Shown here in pieces: positions 49,101 to 60,429 of a stretch of 64,000 nucleotides of DNA. The notes under the pieces were generated by a model. The model saw only the letters and a list, made by a program, of their open reading frames with translations. It searched no databases and had not been told where the DNA came from. Position 1 is the stretch's first letter; every line of letters starts with the position of its first letter. This DNA comes from Azolla caroliniana. Taxonomy: Eukaryota > Plantae > Polypodiophyta. The translations under genes were made by a program, and so were the position numbers. The DNA lies in the NCBI GenBank assembly GCA_043228905.1, contig JBHGNT010000001.1, positions 6,138,001 through 6,202,000 on the forward strand, given 5' to 3'.

Positions 49101-52100
49101 TTACATATCCGTAGGTCCCTTCGGACCCTGACCGTTTTCCTTACGGGTTGCCGTGTCTTCCTTCGTCTCTACTACGGGTTCCCCGTCGTCTTTTTCTTCC
49201 GGATCGATCCGTACCGATCCCGGGCAGGTTCCTGGTGTAGTGCCGGTGAGCTGCATAAACGGGTTCTTTGGCATCGGTCCATTATAGGGCTTTAGTCGAA
49301 ATCCATTCACCCACTTGCCTACTACTTCCCCGGCAAGTGTCCCTATCTGATAGGACCCGTTGTATTCCCGTGTCAGCCAATACGGGCCTGTCCATCTGAA
49401 CCGGAGTTTACCCGGCATCTTGCCCATCCTCGTTTGGAATACTAGCACCGGCTTTCCGATTTCGAACATTTTCTCATTACCTTTCCGGTGCCGGTCAACG
49501 AACGCTTTCCGTCGTCGTTGCTCCAGTTCCATGTGTAGGATGCTGGCCAGCCGTTGCTCCTCCAGTTCGCATAGTGCTGCTAGCCGTATTTCCTCCGACT
49601 TCTTTTCATTCAGCCGTTCCCGTAGTTGGATCCGTAAGCTTGGTACCTGAAACTCGACCAGCATGACCGCTTCTAAGCCGAATGCTAGCCGGAACGGCGT
49701 TGTCCGGATACTTGTTTTGTATGCCGTTCGGTACGCCCATAGCGCACTATGGAGCTTTGTGTCCCAGTCCGTCCGGTTTTCGTTGACGATTTTGCGTAGA
49801 ATGTTCTGCAGCGTTTTGTTGGTGGACTCCGCTAACCCGTTCGCCTGTGGGTAGTACGGTGTGCTCCGTTTATGAACCACGGCATAGAACGTTGTTAAGC
49901 TTTCCACTACCTGGCCGAGGAAATGCCCTCCTTGGTCGCTGATCAGTTCAATCGGACATCCATATCGGCACCAAATGTTCTCGTACAGGAATTTTGCTGT
50001 GGATGACGCGGTGTTGTCTCTCAGGGCCTTAGCTTCCACCCATTTCGTGCAATAATCCGTTGCCACGATGACATAACGATTACCCGTTCTCATTGCCGGT
50101 GGCTTGAACGGTCCGACAAAATCCAATCCCCACTTCTGGAATGGCTCTAGTGGAAGTACCGGTTGGTGTGGCATCCGTGCTTGCTCCGTAGGCTGGCCCA
50201 TTCGTTGGCATAGGTCACATTCCTTAGCATACTTGACGGCATCTTTTAGCGTCGTGGGCCACCATAAGCCGCTCTGCCATACCTTTCTTGCCGTCGCTTC
50301 CCCGGCATAGTGTCCTCCGGCAACCCCACAGTGTGCTTCCCGTAAGATTACTTCTTTCTCGTCACTACGGACTGCCCGTCTCCATATTCCATCTGCTCCT
50401 TTGTGGTAGAGAGTGTCCCGTAACAGACAGAAATTGCGGCTCTGCACCGCCAGTCGTTTCCTCTCGTCCCGGTTCATTTCCTCCGGTGGCAGGCCCGTGC
50501 TTAGGAACTGGTGCATGTTTGTCAGCCATTTATCTTCTGATGCCACCGTGTCGTCCGCTGCCGTTTCCGGGGTGATACGGAATAACTCCGCGTCCGGAAA
50601 TTCATCCGCTACTCCGTTGCCTGGTTCTCCGGACTCTAACCGGCTCAGGTAGTCTGCTACGGCATGCTGGATACCGGGCCGGTGAAAAATCTCGAATTCG
50701 AACTCCTGCAACAGTAAGGTCCAACGGGCCAACTTACCGGTCAGGGACGCCTTGGAAACTAAGTAGAGGAGCGCCGAGTGATCCACATGGAAGGAGAACT
50801 TCCTTCCCAATAGGTAGTGACGAAACTTTGTTACACTGTAGATCATGCCCAGAGCCTCCCGTTCCGTCGTTGAATAGTTCTTCTCCGCTTGGGACAGCTT
50901 CCGGCTGGCGTAATATACCGGCCGGTACCATTTGGGCTCCGTAAGCTGCATTAAGGCGCTGCCAATAGCGATGTCAGACGCGTCCACGAACACGTGAAAT
51001 TCCTTGCTCCAATCCGGAGGCTGCACGACGGGTGCTTGCGATAAAAGAACCTTCAGGGCATTGTATGCCTTATCCTCCGTATCCGTCCATTGGAACGGTG
51101 TCCGATGTACCGCGGTGTGTAATGGTGTCGCCAAGTCCGCCAAGTGACGGAGCATCCGGCTGTGCCACCGGATTTGTCCTAGGAATCGGCTTAATGCTTT
51201 GGCCGTTTTCGGCGCCGGTGCCCCTAGTATGGCGTTTACTTTGTCCGGGTCGACCGCAATGCCCTCCTTACTTACGATGTGTCCCAGCAATATTCCACTT
51301 GAAACCCCAAAGATGCATTTTGCTGGGTTTAAGCTTAGCCGGTATAACCTACACTTTTCAAGGCATAACCGTAGGTGCTGCAAATGGTCTTTTCCCCGGC
51401 TATAGACTGCAAAATCATCCAGGAAAACTTGCATGAAGGCAGGGATGTATTCGCCGAAGATCTCCATGATAATTCGCTGGAAAGTTGCTGGTGCCGTTTT
51501 TAGGCCGAACATCATGACTTCTGCCACGAACACCCCCCATTCGGTGACGAACGCTGTCTTTTCCTGGTCGTCCGGGTGCATCCGGATTTGATTGTACCCG
51601 CTGAACCCGTCTAAAAAGCTATAAACTTCATGACCGGCGACGGCATCCAGTACTCCGTCCGTGAACGGAAGCGGGAATGCATCCGTAATTGTGGCGGCAT
51701 TTAGTTTCCGGTAATCTACACACACACGGATTTTACCGTTCTTCTTTGGGACGACGACGATGGGGCTCAGCCACGTCGCTTTCTTTACCGGCCGGATAAA
51801 GCCCACTCTTAGGAGTTTGTCGATTTCCTCTTTTACTTTGGCGGCGTAGTTGGGGTTCATTCGATATCTTCGTTGCGCCACTGGTTTCGCGTCCTTGCCT
51901 AAGTGGATCTGATGCTGATATAATTGAGGGTCCAGCCCTCGCATGTCTTCGTATGACCAGGCGAATACGTCGCGAAACTCCGTGAGAAGTTTGATCATCG
52001 CCGCTTTATCTTCCGGCTTCATTTCTTTGGTGATGTGTACCGGCTTTGATTCGTCTTTGCTTCCTAGGTTCACTTCGTCGAGCTGGGATGCTTTTACCCG

Positions 52101-54869
52101 TTGGGAAACGGCCATTTCCCGTTCCAACGCTTCCTGTGCTTGCCGTAATTCCCGAATCGCATCTTTGTCTGGTTCGGCTTCGGTGTCGTCCCGCTGCGGC
52201 AAGTATGCGGCTACGGCTTCAGCTACGTCAATCTCGAAGAGTGGTACGATCTTCGGATGTTCCTCCAAGTACTGGGCTTCTTCGTCGTCCGCCAATCCTT
52301 CAAGCATGTTCACACATTCCGCATACAGCGGTGTGCATTCCTTACCGTTGCTCGTCCGTGGTTGTGTCGGTACCCGGACCTTGGCTTTTCCGCGCCGGAA
52401 GGTAATCATATTTTTTCGCCAATTTTGCTTGATGTGTGCTGTTTTCAACCATGGTCTGCCCAGCAGCAGTGGGTACGCGCCTTGCGCCTGTAGCTGCAGC
52501 ACTACAGCCGAGATGTGAAATGTGTGGCCTCCTATGGTGACTTCCAATTTCCGTATTAAGCCCGTCGGCCGTACAGAGCTCGTATCCGCCATCCGTAGCC
52601 AGAACGGACATGGCTCCCATTCATGTATACCCAAGGCATCACACGTGCGAAGGCTTATTACGTTCACTCCGGAACCTCCATCGATTACTGTGCCGGGAAG
52701 TTCGTGTCCTTTGACAATAGCTGTGATCACCGGACTACTAGTGTCCACCACCGTCGGTCCCTCCTCTGGATTCGAGAAAAGGACTGGTGCCGGTGGAGCT
52801 ATACCGTCTGTCATGACCGTTTTTAGTCCTTCTGTGAATCGCGGCACGAGCTGCAAGAGTCTTCCTAGTGGTAACGTGATCTGACATTCTTGTAGTGCTT
52901 GCCATGTCTCGTTTTCTGGGTGGCTACCGTCGGTACTCCCTATGGTCTTCGCCTTTTGCCGTTCCGCGTCCGCGACGTTTCTTGCATTGGCTTCCTTCAC
53001 CCATTCTGTCGCCTGTTTTCGTATGGCCTCTTGTGTTTCCCATTCTTTGGCCATGCCTTTCGACCGTGTGGTTACTTGCTGTAAATCCGCCACCACCATA
53101 TTAACTGCTGGTCGTTTCTCGTAGCTCTTTACCGGGCACTGGTTACTGTAGTGGCCTTCCTGCCTGCAGTAGTAGCAGTACTCTTTACGGGTATTGCTGG
53201 ATTCAGCATTGCTGGTAGCCGGAGTCGGTCCCGTAGCGAGTGGTGCGTTCTGTGCCGGTTGGCTCCTTGGGGTTCCATGTTCCGGGTCCCTAGGGTGACC
53301 ACCTTTCTTGAAATTACGTTTCTTATTATTCTTATGTTTATTTCGGTAGTCCGGTCGTGGTGGATCGTAAAATCGGCCGTAGTCCTCCTGGTGCCTTCGG
53401 TAACCAGGGGAATGGTCTCTGTCGTATTGCTCGTGTCGCCTGTTGGGCTCTCGATAACGGTCCGATCGCTCATACCGGTCGTAGTTATCACGCCGATTCC
53501 CGTACCGGCCATCATTCTCTTGCCTGTCTCCGTACCGGACATCCTGTGCCGGTCGGTACCGGTTCATTTTTTGCCAACGATCTTCCTCTTCGTCTTGGCT
53601 GTTTCTTGGCTCGATCCGTCGGATGGGTGGTGCTTGTCGGTTTAACAGGTTATACTCGCACCGGTCCGTTGTATGACTCTTGGATTGACAAATCACACAC
53701 TGAGTGCGCATGGTGCACTCTACTGCCGAGTGTCCGGCATTCAAGCAGATTGTGCATTGAATTGCCTGCCGGAACCGGAGATCTTCCTCGGTGGGTAACG
53801 CCCGTTGCAGTGTTCCCAGCGTAAGCCATGAGCTTGTCTTTTCCATTTCTCTGACCCGGTCAATGACCTGATCGATGGTGCATCCTCGAAAGTCGATCAC
53901 CGTACACACCGTGCGTAACGGTTCCCGGAGTGCGTTTAAAAATATCGTCCGTAATTCCTCCTCCGGGGGTGCACGGGCAAGCTGGCTATGCATTCGTTGG
54001 AAACGGATGACGAATTGGGGTATGCTTTCCCCTGCCTCCTGCCGGATCGTATAAAACAAGCCCACCATTGTCGTCTGGTCGACCTCCTTGTGGAAAAAAT
54101 GCAAGAATTTTGCTTTTAATTCTGCAAATGTTGTGATGGTCGCCGGGTCCTGCGACCGCCGCCATCGTGTCGCTGGTCCCTCCAACGTGACTCCGAATTC
54201 CGCTATCTTCGAGCGTTCTTCTTCCTCCGGTGTCATTCGCTGGGACGTGTGATTTGCTTCCCATGTCTGCTCGAAGTCATCCACATGCGCTTCCGCATCC
54301 GGATCATCGCGGTACTTTGAGTATTGGAACGGCATGTCGTCGTCCAGTATTAAGCCGCGGTTTAGTGGCGTTTGTTGATATTTTTCCGGTTCTTTCTCCG
54401 GTTCCACTTCCGGTTCTTCTGCCGGTCCTTTTTCCGGTTCTTTTTCCGGCTCTTCTTCCGGTACCTTTGCCGGCTCTTTCGTTGGTGTTAGTGGCTTTGC
54501 TTCTTCCACTTCCGGTGTTGGTGGGTTGACGGCTTCCGTTTGCAATTCCGGATAGCCCTGGTTGAGCGGTTCCGGTTCTGGAGTCGGCACGGTATCCGAC
54601 CCGTCGTCTTCCGGGCCGCCGGGGGTATCGTTGCTGCTCCGGTAGTTCGTGTGCACGTTGTATCCCCCTTCGGAATCCGATTCGTAGGCTGAAAAGGCTT
54701 CTGCCTCGTTTTCTCCGCTTGCCAGCGCCTCCAGGAGTCGTTCGGTTTCCCGGAGACTACTTAGACTGCTTCCGTCGTCCTGGTCGCGAGTTTGCCGTAA
54801 CCGGAGAGATCTCGTTGGAGAACGAACGATCCGAGCGAATTTCCTGCGCTGCTTGCTGGAAAGTCTCAC
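49101..54869 (-). CDS. Gypsy gag-pol polyprotein (Gag with three CCHC knuckles, protease, RT, RNase H, integrase)
   Basis: CTICLNAGHSAVEC, CVICQSKSHTTDRC, CYYCRQEGHYSNQC; IDGGSGVN protease; LDGFSGYNQI and FLDD RT; VDASDIAIG...EREAL RNase H; HHCC and GLDFVGP/SDQG/NGLAE integrase; GPY motif. No chromodomain and no second RNase H. Confidence 0.96.
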   Translation of the reverse strand: MRLSSKQRRKFARIVRSPTRSLRLRQTRDQDDGSSLSSLRETERLLEALASGENEAEAFSAYESDSEGGYNVHTNYRSSNDTPGGPEDDGSDTVPTPEPEPLNQGYPELQTEAVNPPTPEVEEAKPLTPTKEPAKVPEEEPEKEPEKGPAEEPEVEPEKEPEKYQQTPLNRGLILDDDMPFQYSKYRDDPDAEAHVDDFEQTWEANHTSQRMTPEEEERSKIAEFGVTLEGPATRWRRSQDPATITTFAELKAKFLHFFHKEVDQTTMVGLFYTIRQEAGESIPQFVIRFQRMHSQLARAPPEEELRTIFLNALREPLRTVCTVIDFRGCTIDQVIDRVREMEKTSSWLTLGTLQRALPTEEDLRFRQAIQCTICLNAGHSAVECTMRTQCVICQSKSHTTDRCEYNLLNRQAPPIRRIEPRNSQDEEEDRWQKMNRYRPAQDVRYGDRQENDGRYGNRRDNYDRYERSDRYREPNRRHEQYDRDHSPGYRRHQEDYGRFYDPPRPDYRNKHKNNKKRNFKKGGHPRDPEHGTPRSQPAQNAPLATGPTPATSNAESSNTRKEYCYYCRQEGHYSNQCPVKSYEKRPAVNMVVADLQQVTTRSKGMAKEWETQEAIRKQATEWVKEANARNVADAERQKAKTIGSTDGSHPENETWQALQECQITLPLGRLLQLVPRFTEGLKTVMTDGIAPPAPVLFSNPEEGPTVVDTSSPVITAIVKGHELPGTVIDGGSGVNVISLRTCDALGIHEWEPCPFWLRMADTSSVRPTGLIRKLEVTIGGHTFHISAVVLQLQAQGAYPLLLGRPWLKTAHIKQNWRKNMITFRRGKAKVRVPTQPRTSNGKECTPLYAECVNMLEGLADDEEAQYLEEHPKIVPLFEIDVAEAVAAYLPQRDDTEAEPDKDAIRELRQAQEALEREMAVSQRVKASQLDEVNLGSKDESKPVHITKEMKPEDKAAMIKLLTEFRDVFAWSYEDMRGLDPQLYQHQIHLGKDAKPVAQRRYRMNPNYAAKVKEEIDKLLRVGFIRPVKKATWLSPIVVVPKKNGKIRVCVDYRKLNAATITDAFPLPFTDGVLDAVAGHEVYSFLDGFSGYNQIRMHPDDQEKTAFVTEWGVFVAEVMMFGLKTAPATFQRIIMEIFGEYIPAFMQVFLDDFAVYSRGKDHLQHLRLCLEKCRLYRLSLNPAKCIFGVSSGILLGHIVSKEGIAVDPDKVNAILGAPAPKTAKALSRFLGQIRWHSRMLRHLADLATPLHTAVHRTPFQWTDTEDKAYNALKVLLSQAPVVQPPDWSKEFHVFVDASDIAIGSALMQLTEPKWYRPVYYASRKLSQAEKNYSTTEREALGMIYSVTKFRHYLLGRKFSFHVDHSALLYLVSKASLTGKLARWTLLLQEFEFEIFHRPGIQHAVADYLSRLESGEPGNGVADEFPDAELFRITPETAADDTVASEDKWLTNMHQFLSTGLPPEEMNRDERKRLAVQSRNFCLLRDTLYHKGADGIWRRAVRSDEKEVILREAHCGVAGGHYAGEATARKVWQSGLWWPTTLKDAVKYAKECDLCQRMGQPTEQARMPHQPVLPLEPFQKWGLDFVGPFKPPAMRTGNRYVIVATDYCTKWVEAKALRDNTASSTAKFLYENIWCRYGCPIELISDQGGHFLGQVVESLTTFYAVVHKRSTPYYPQANGLAESTNKTLQNILRKIVNENRTDWDTKLHSALWAYRTAYKTSIRTTPFRLAFGLEAVMLVEFQVPSLRIQLRERLNEKKSEEIRLAALCELEEQRLASILHMELEQRRRKAFVDRHRKGNEKMFEIGKPVLVFQTRMGKMPGKLRFRWTGPYWLTREYNGSYQIGTLAGEVVGKWVNGFRLKPYNGPMPKNPFMQLTGTTPGTCPGSVRIDPEEKDDGEPVVETKEDTATRKENGQGPKGPTDM

Positions 54870-54969
54870 GCCGTCTTTGCCGTTCAGCGATGCGTCGAGC
54901 TCGGTCTGTAACCAAGTCGTGCGTTGGTCTAGTCATCCATTACCGTCGTTCGCTGCGAGAAAGCAGGAA

Positions 54970-54981
54970 TCGTGGTCGCCA
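54970..54981 (-). promoter_or_regulatory. Primer-binding site of the Gypsy element, probably tRNA-Arg
   Basis: Minus strand reads TGGCGACCACGA 6 nt after the 5' LTR. This would pair with a tRNA 3' end ...UCGUGGUCG-CCA, recalled as tRNA-Arg(UCG)-like. Confidence 0.65.
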
Positions 54982-57349
54982 AAACTGTGTTACTCTCTTA
55001 GCCGGACAAGGCCTAACACAAGGTGTCACGGAGACACTTCACCAAAGGGTGATTACGGCATAGGATTAAGATTCAACGATTACACCGACTTACGTAGGTT
55101 ACACTATTAGATTGCTTTGGTTAATTACACGCGTAAGATATAACAGTGATTACAGAACGGAAATCAAGACAGAAGTATAAACAACATAAGCTCTACTAAT
55201 TATCCGCTGTCATTACAATAGGGTCCGGGCCTTTAAATAGGTTTCCGGCCCGTAGTACAAAACGGTGCCTCTCGCACCTATTCGGGATCCGTCCGGATCT
55301 GGAACGGCATACCGTTTCCAGTCCGTCCGTCCACACTATGCTTATCTACAACCATATCTAATTAATTCCTTCACTCCGTAATTTGGACTCCTTGCCGGCC
55401 GGTAACAGTGTCACTTGTCGAAACTATTGAATGGGTGTAGGAACAATTGCTAGTATTGTGTGCAATGGGGGGGGGTTGTCACTCCTCAAACAGTGGGGGA
55501 GTGGGGGGGGTTCACTCCTCGAACAGTGGAGGAGGTGTGAGAGGAAACCCTAAATGATGGCCTCCTCACGAAACTGAGGAGGGTGATGCAACAGCGGCGG
55601 GGAGGAGAGGCATCTGTGTCAATGAGCAGTGGGAGGCTTCTGGACCGTCACGTTTCCGCTGCTTCGGCTCCTGCTCCTGCTCTGTTTCCCCTGCCTACTG
55701 GCACGAGTCAACTCTCCTGCGCCACTGCTCTGCTGTGCCGGGTGGGTCTCCTGGTGAGACGCCCACACCGCAAACCTCCGTCGGGGACTGGTGCACCGCT
55801 CTGCTGCTCTCTCCGTTCCCGCTCAAAAATTCTAAATAAATTTTATAACAAAGAGAAGTAAGAAACAAAGACAAATTTTATAACAACGGTAAGGTTTTAG
55901 ATTGCTAGTGCTAAGAGAATATCGCAAATTTCATTACTCAAGGAAATTGTCATATATCATTCATCCAATATTTAATATGGATTTCATAAATAATTAAAAT
56001 TAACACAATAAATTATATAAAAAGAGGACACCACACAATGTAATGGCAATAAAACAAGATTAAGGCCCAAATTCACACTCAAAATCGTTAACTTGTGGAA
56101 AGTTAATAAACACTTGCTTTGAATTTGATATCCTTACACATTGCTAACACGAGCATTCTAACTAAAAGGTAACATATCTATGTTTGTCTTAGTTTTCAAT
56201 ACAACACCTAGTGGAAGTTGACAAGGAAAATATTCATACTATTATTTTTAGGGAATCCTATTTCCTCATTGAATTTGTGAAATACCCCTCTTAAAACACT
56301 TCACTGAATTCTTAAAAATACTTTTCTCTCCCTCTTTCGTGTGCATTCAAATCATTATCATTTATATTTAGCAATGCTAAATATTTCACTAGCATGTCTA
56401 AAATATGAGGCAATGTTCATCTACTTAAGACACACCCTTGATGCCAAGGTCAATTGATCCCAAACATCACCCCCCTTCTAAAAATTGTCTTGTGAGGACT
56501 ATAAAAACATGAAAGAATCATTTGCCAAAAGCTTGAGTCGCAAGTCAACATTTTAATGGGAAGTGTAAATCCACAATATCTTTGTTATTTGCAAGCTTTG
56601 ACACATCACCTAACTAGGATAGATAACTAACAAAAAATAACAATAAACTAAGTGGCCATCCTCGACAAACTTATCTTGCGAGGGCAATTTCTGAAGTGAC
56701 TCCACTATTAGGCATTATCCGAGACACAACTTGTTGGACTAGTCAAAATATAAAATGAGACATGGGTGGGGAAGGTCTTGCTCGCATCTCATTTGAGTAT
56801 ATGACATCTGCCAACTTAGGCCCCTTCCCTTTTGTTGATTCAAGTGGTAATTCTCAGTTGGTTGTTTTTGCCAATTGACACCATTAGTATGCATCAACTT
56901 TGAAATAAAGAGACAATTGACCCAACAATCGAACCATGATCAATTATTGACATGTAGCTCGTAGTGAACATTAAGCACATCATGTATGTAGCATCTCTTT
57001 ATCACTGTTTTCGTGGCCGAAGGTTTGGTAAACACTTTTGGATATTTGGACATATTCCATGCGCCCTATCCAACAATGCCTATTTTCTCCAATGGACACG
57101 ATTTTGGCAATCTGGACCATTTGGATAGCCCGCAATAATAAGGTCTTTGATCGAAACCAATTGCATGAAGTTAGCTTCTTTAAGTAATCGCTCATGCAAT
57201 CTCTATTTGATTGTCTACAACTTAGAGACATCACGCTGCAAATTTACAATCTTTACTTTGAGTGCTTTTAAGCTCTTTAGTGTCTAATCGACACTTGTAT
57301 ATTTTTCTTTATTCTTTGTGAGTTTTCACCTCACTTTCAGGTTTCCCAC

Positions 57350-58400
57350 TAGTAATAAAAGTGTTATTTAAACAAAAAACATATTCCTATCCATGATGAA
57401 ACCATATTGAGTTGGTTGTCGTACTTGAGGCATATACTTCTTTCCTTAATGGGTAAGGACCTTTGTAAACCCCTTCTTATTGTATCATCCCATCAAAGAA
57501 ATAGGGCACAATTACTATAATTTCACTGAATAATAATGAGAAAGATATCTAGCATAAAATGAATAATACATGTGTAAATGGAGTATGGATATTGCCATGT
57601 CATGACGATTATGCCAATAACAAATAACATATCCTATCCTCTACTCATCAAAGTTTGTCATAATTTATCATTGATACCAATTTCATGTGATTAGCCTTAT
57701 TTGAGTGTTTGCTATTTAGGAGTAATTACTTGCATAAAATTACTTGATGCTTTTTCCAAGGCTCCATGAGAATTTGCATGTACCACCTCCCCAAGGCCTT
57801 CCATGAAGACATTTTTTTTAGGCTCTCTACGGTGAGATTGTCAAGCATTGGGCGGAAAAACAACACAATCTCAAGAATAAAGTTGCACATTGAAGGGACA
57901 ACCCTCGATCGTTGCCAAGGATCCTTCTTAGGATCCACTTTTAGTCTATCCCGCCCTTGAATAAACAATGATGAAAAACACCTAATTCCTTTCTTTGCTT
58001 AGTAAGTCCTTTCTATTTCATCTTTCCTATTTCACATTATAGTCCATTGTTTGTCATTATTAGGAACATGACTTTGAACTTCATCGGTAACCGTATCAAT
58101 AACTAATAATCCAATATCTCTAATATTGTCTTCCTTCCTAGCCTCTTCAATAGGGATCTCCATTTATATGGTGATATCTGTACCATGGATATTTGCCCCC
58201 CAAGTTTGCTTTCACTTCTCCTTCATAGTTTCAAAACTATTGTTTTCTCCTTCACAGTTCGATAATTTCATTGTTTTCTCCTATAATTTTACTCTATATA
58301 TAAAAAAATTGCTCTACCTGTGTACATCGACTTTTAACTTCATAGCATATTAGAATTGTTCCACTTTTAATATCCATACACTCTCAAAGTCGATTTGATA
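57350..58400 (-). mobile_element. Degraded LINE RT remnant
   Basis: MSSWKALG (KAPGPDG-like) followed downstream by QPTQYGFIMDRNM (Q-GF-GR-I motif). Confidence 0.45.
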
Positions 58401-59794
58401 AAGCATCCCATTGATCAAATTCAAAACAATAAGATGCAAATGTATTTCACTTCAATTTAGTATAAACTTACTTCATTCCAAGCATATCCATATTGTATAC
58501 ATGCTATGTATGCATAATGTATGTGATGGTAGGCTGAATATTTACAAAACACAAGTGAAGGGATGCTCACTAATGTTAGAAAGGGAATAATGTATTTGGA
58601 TAGAGGAAGTTATAGGTGCATGCACTATCATGGTCTTTGCAAACAATGGATGGAGAGGAGAGTCTTCTATAAAAAGAATATATATTCAAGGGACTTCAGA
58701 AGATATATAAATATGAGGCCTAGGTATCCTCATAAGACACATTATGTTGGATGGTTGAAGACTTCAAACACTAATAGTACGTGCTAGGCTTTCACGAAGA
58801 CGATTGTGTTACCTCTTCCAAGGTACTAGTCATCCTAACATATGCCGATATGGGATATTAGTGATAAGTTGACTATGTCTTGATCATAGCTTGGGGACGG
58901 TTAGGAGGATCATGTTCTTCTGTCCAATCTATTCAACATTTTTTTAGTTTAATTTGGTCTATTGATTCGTAGGAGATTCTTAACAATACACAACCATTCT
59001 AATTGTGCATGACTTTTCTCCATGCAAAAACTACATTTATCACAATAATTAACCTTATATAAAAACCAAGATTTTATCAATTCGAATGGTAAGGTTCAAT
59101 AAACAAAACTGAGTTGTTGTAATCCAATGTCACTCAAATTGTGCATTCTCGTTTTAACAATAATTGATAATAAACCACAAATCACCATTTGTCACATGAA
59201 CCACCAATCTTATTTATAAAAAATATATAACATTAGCATCATACTTCCACGTAATGAAACTCAACATAATAAAAGCCCCCATGGACCGACATAGATTTGC
59301 TTCACACAATCAGACATTATGATTGTATTCAACCATTGATCGATCCAAATCATTAAGAGAAATGTTCTATGTAAAAAGATAAGATCACAACATGATCATG
59401 AAACACATCAAATGACTGCAAAATTGACTAAGCATCCACTTCAACGTATTGAATATCTACACTCAAATATTTTTTTTGCATGTCAAAGTATTGTCTATCC
59501 CACAAGGTGATTGCAATTACAATCATCGACATATGGCTTCTACTCACTCAGGACCTCAACATATGGAATCTTCTTTTCCTCTATTGTTTTACTAAACTTT
59601 GATATTTTGGAACTTCCATGCTCATCACCAAACTTCATTACATTCTATCCTAGTTAAATTACCTCCATTCTCAACACATGTAAAAATATCAACCTCCCTA
59701 GCACATGTTGCGGATTCATAAAATGCATTAGCTAATTCATAAAATGAACTCGAGCATTAACCTAATAATGTTAGTTGTATTAATCATAATAACC

Positions 59795-60079
59795 ATTTTT
59801 TAAGACTTGGTAGTCGCCTCCCGTGGATGATTGCAACCTTGATATGTGGGTGGACTAAAAGAAGACAAAAGATCTCTCTTTCATCGTAATTAGCTTACCC
59901 TAGTCGTAAGTCATTTACACTACTAACACTAGTTTCTTGGGTTCGAAACCCAATTTCCTCACTTTTCTATTATGCCATAGCTATCTCTTATTTCATTAGA
60001 TGCCACCATGGAATGTAGGGGTTGAACTCATGATCACCCGATCTCTATTGGGCAACCTTACCAACTGAGCTACATCATC
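59795..60079 (-). mobile_element. tRNA-derived SINE
   Basis: Minus strand begins gatgatgTAGCTCAGTTGGtaagg...catGAGTTCAACCCct (pol III A and B boxes), has a body of about 210 bp unrelated to tRNA, and ends in a short A run. Confidence 0.6.
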
Positions 60080-60429
60080 TCTATCTCTCTTTCTCTTTGT
60101 TTCTCTTTGTGTGTAAACGCATGTTTATTATTAAAACAAGATGATAATACAACCCTTGCTATCTCCACTACTTCATTAGTAGCGATATGACAAGGTAAAC
60201 CCTCTCAAGTGTTGTAATACTATGTAGTATGACATAAATCTACATCGTCTTGGGACAATGTCCCCATGCAACATAGTTGCAAAAATTGCCAAATCAACTT
60301 CCCTTTCATCCTACAGAGTATTTGAAGAATATGCATAGAATATGTCGAGAAAGAGAGATTTTGAAGAATATTTTGAGAAATTAAAAAATATGAGAACTTC
60401 ATTCATAGTATTTTGATTTGGAATTTTTA

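Larger units (their letters stand above)
45652..55407 (-). mobile_element. Very young Ty3/Gypsy LTR retrotransposon (non-chromovirus, Athila/Tat-like) with an additional ORF
   Basis: Two 420-bp LTRs (45652-46071 and 54988-55407) identical by eye, TGTTAC...GTAACA ends, TSD GTGTC (45647-45651 and 55408-55412), PBS after the 5' LTR, open gag-pol frame and a second long ORF. Confidence 0.97.
39500..55832 (-). mobile_element. Full-length L1-clade LINE (decayed), interrupted in ORF1 by the Gypsy element
   Basis: ORF1 (DUF4283-like RRM region VKEVQPLGKGFYQI...WTHGFNP, then a Cys knuckle). ORF2 has APE endonuclease (MKIITWNVQG, NVYAPN, GGDFN, SDH), RT (WRPITLLN, LDFEKAYDRV, RQGCPLAP, FADD) and zf-RVT (C..C...ESIRHALWDC). 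(AAT)n 3' tail at about 39500-39522; candidate 15-bp TSD TAAATAAAT(A/T)TTATA at 39485-39499 and 55833-55847. Confidence 0.88.

Noticed and set aside
46006-55110. Numerous plus-strand and alternate-frame ORFs within the Gypsy
   Set aside because: Antisense shadows of two long GC-rich ORFs; no recognisable domains.
58400-59790. Possible degraded retroelement coding sequence
   Set aside because: Too decayed to assign any motif with confidence.
60005-60079. Functional tRNA gene
   Set aside because: A and B boxes are present but there is no convincing acceptor or anticodon stem; treated as a SINE head.
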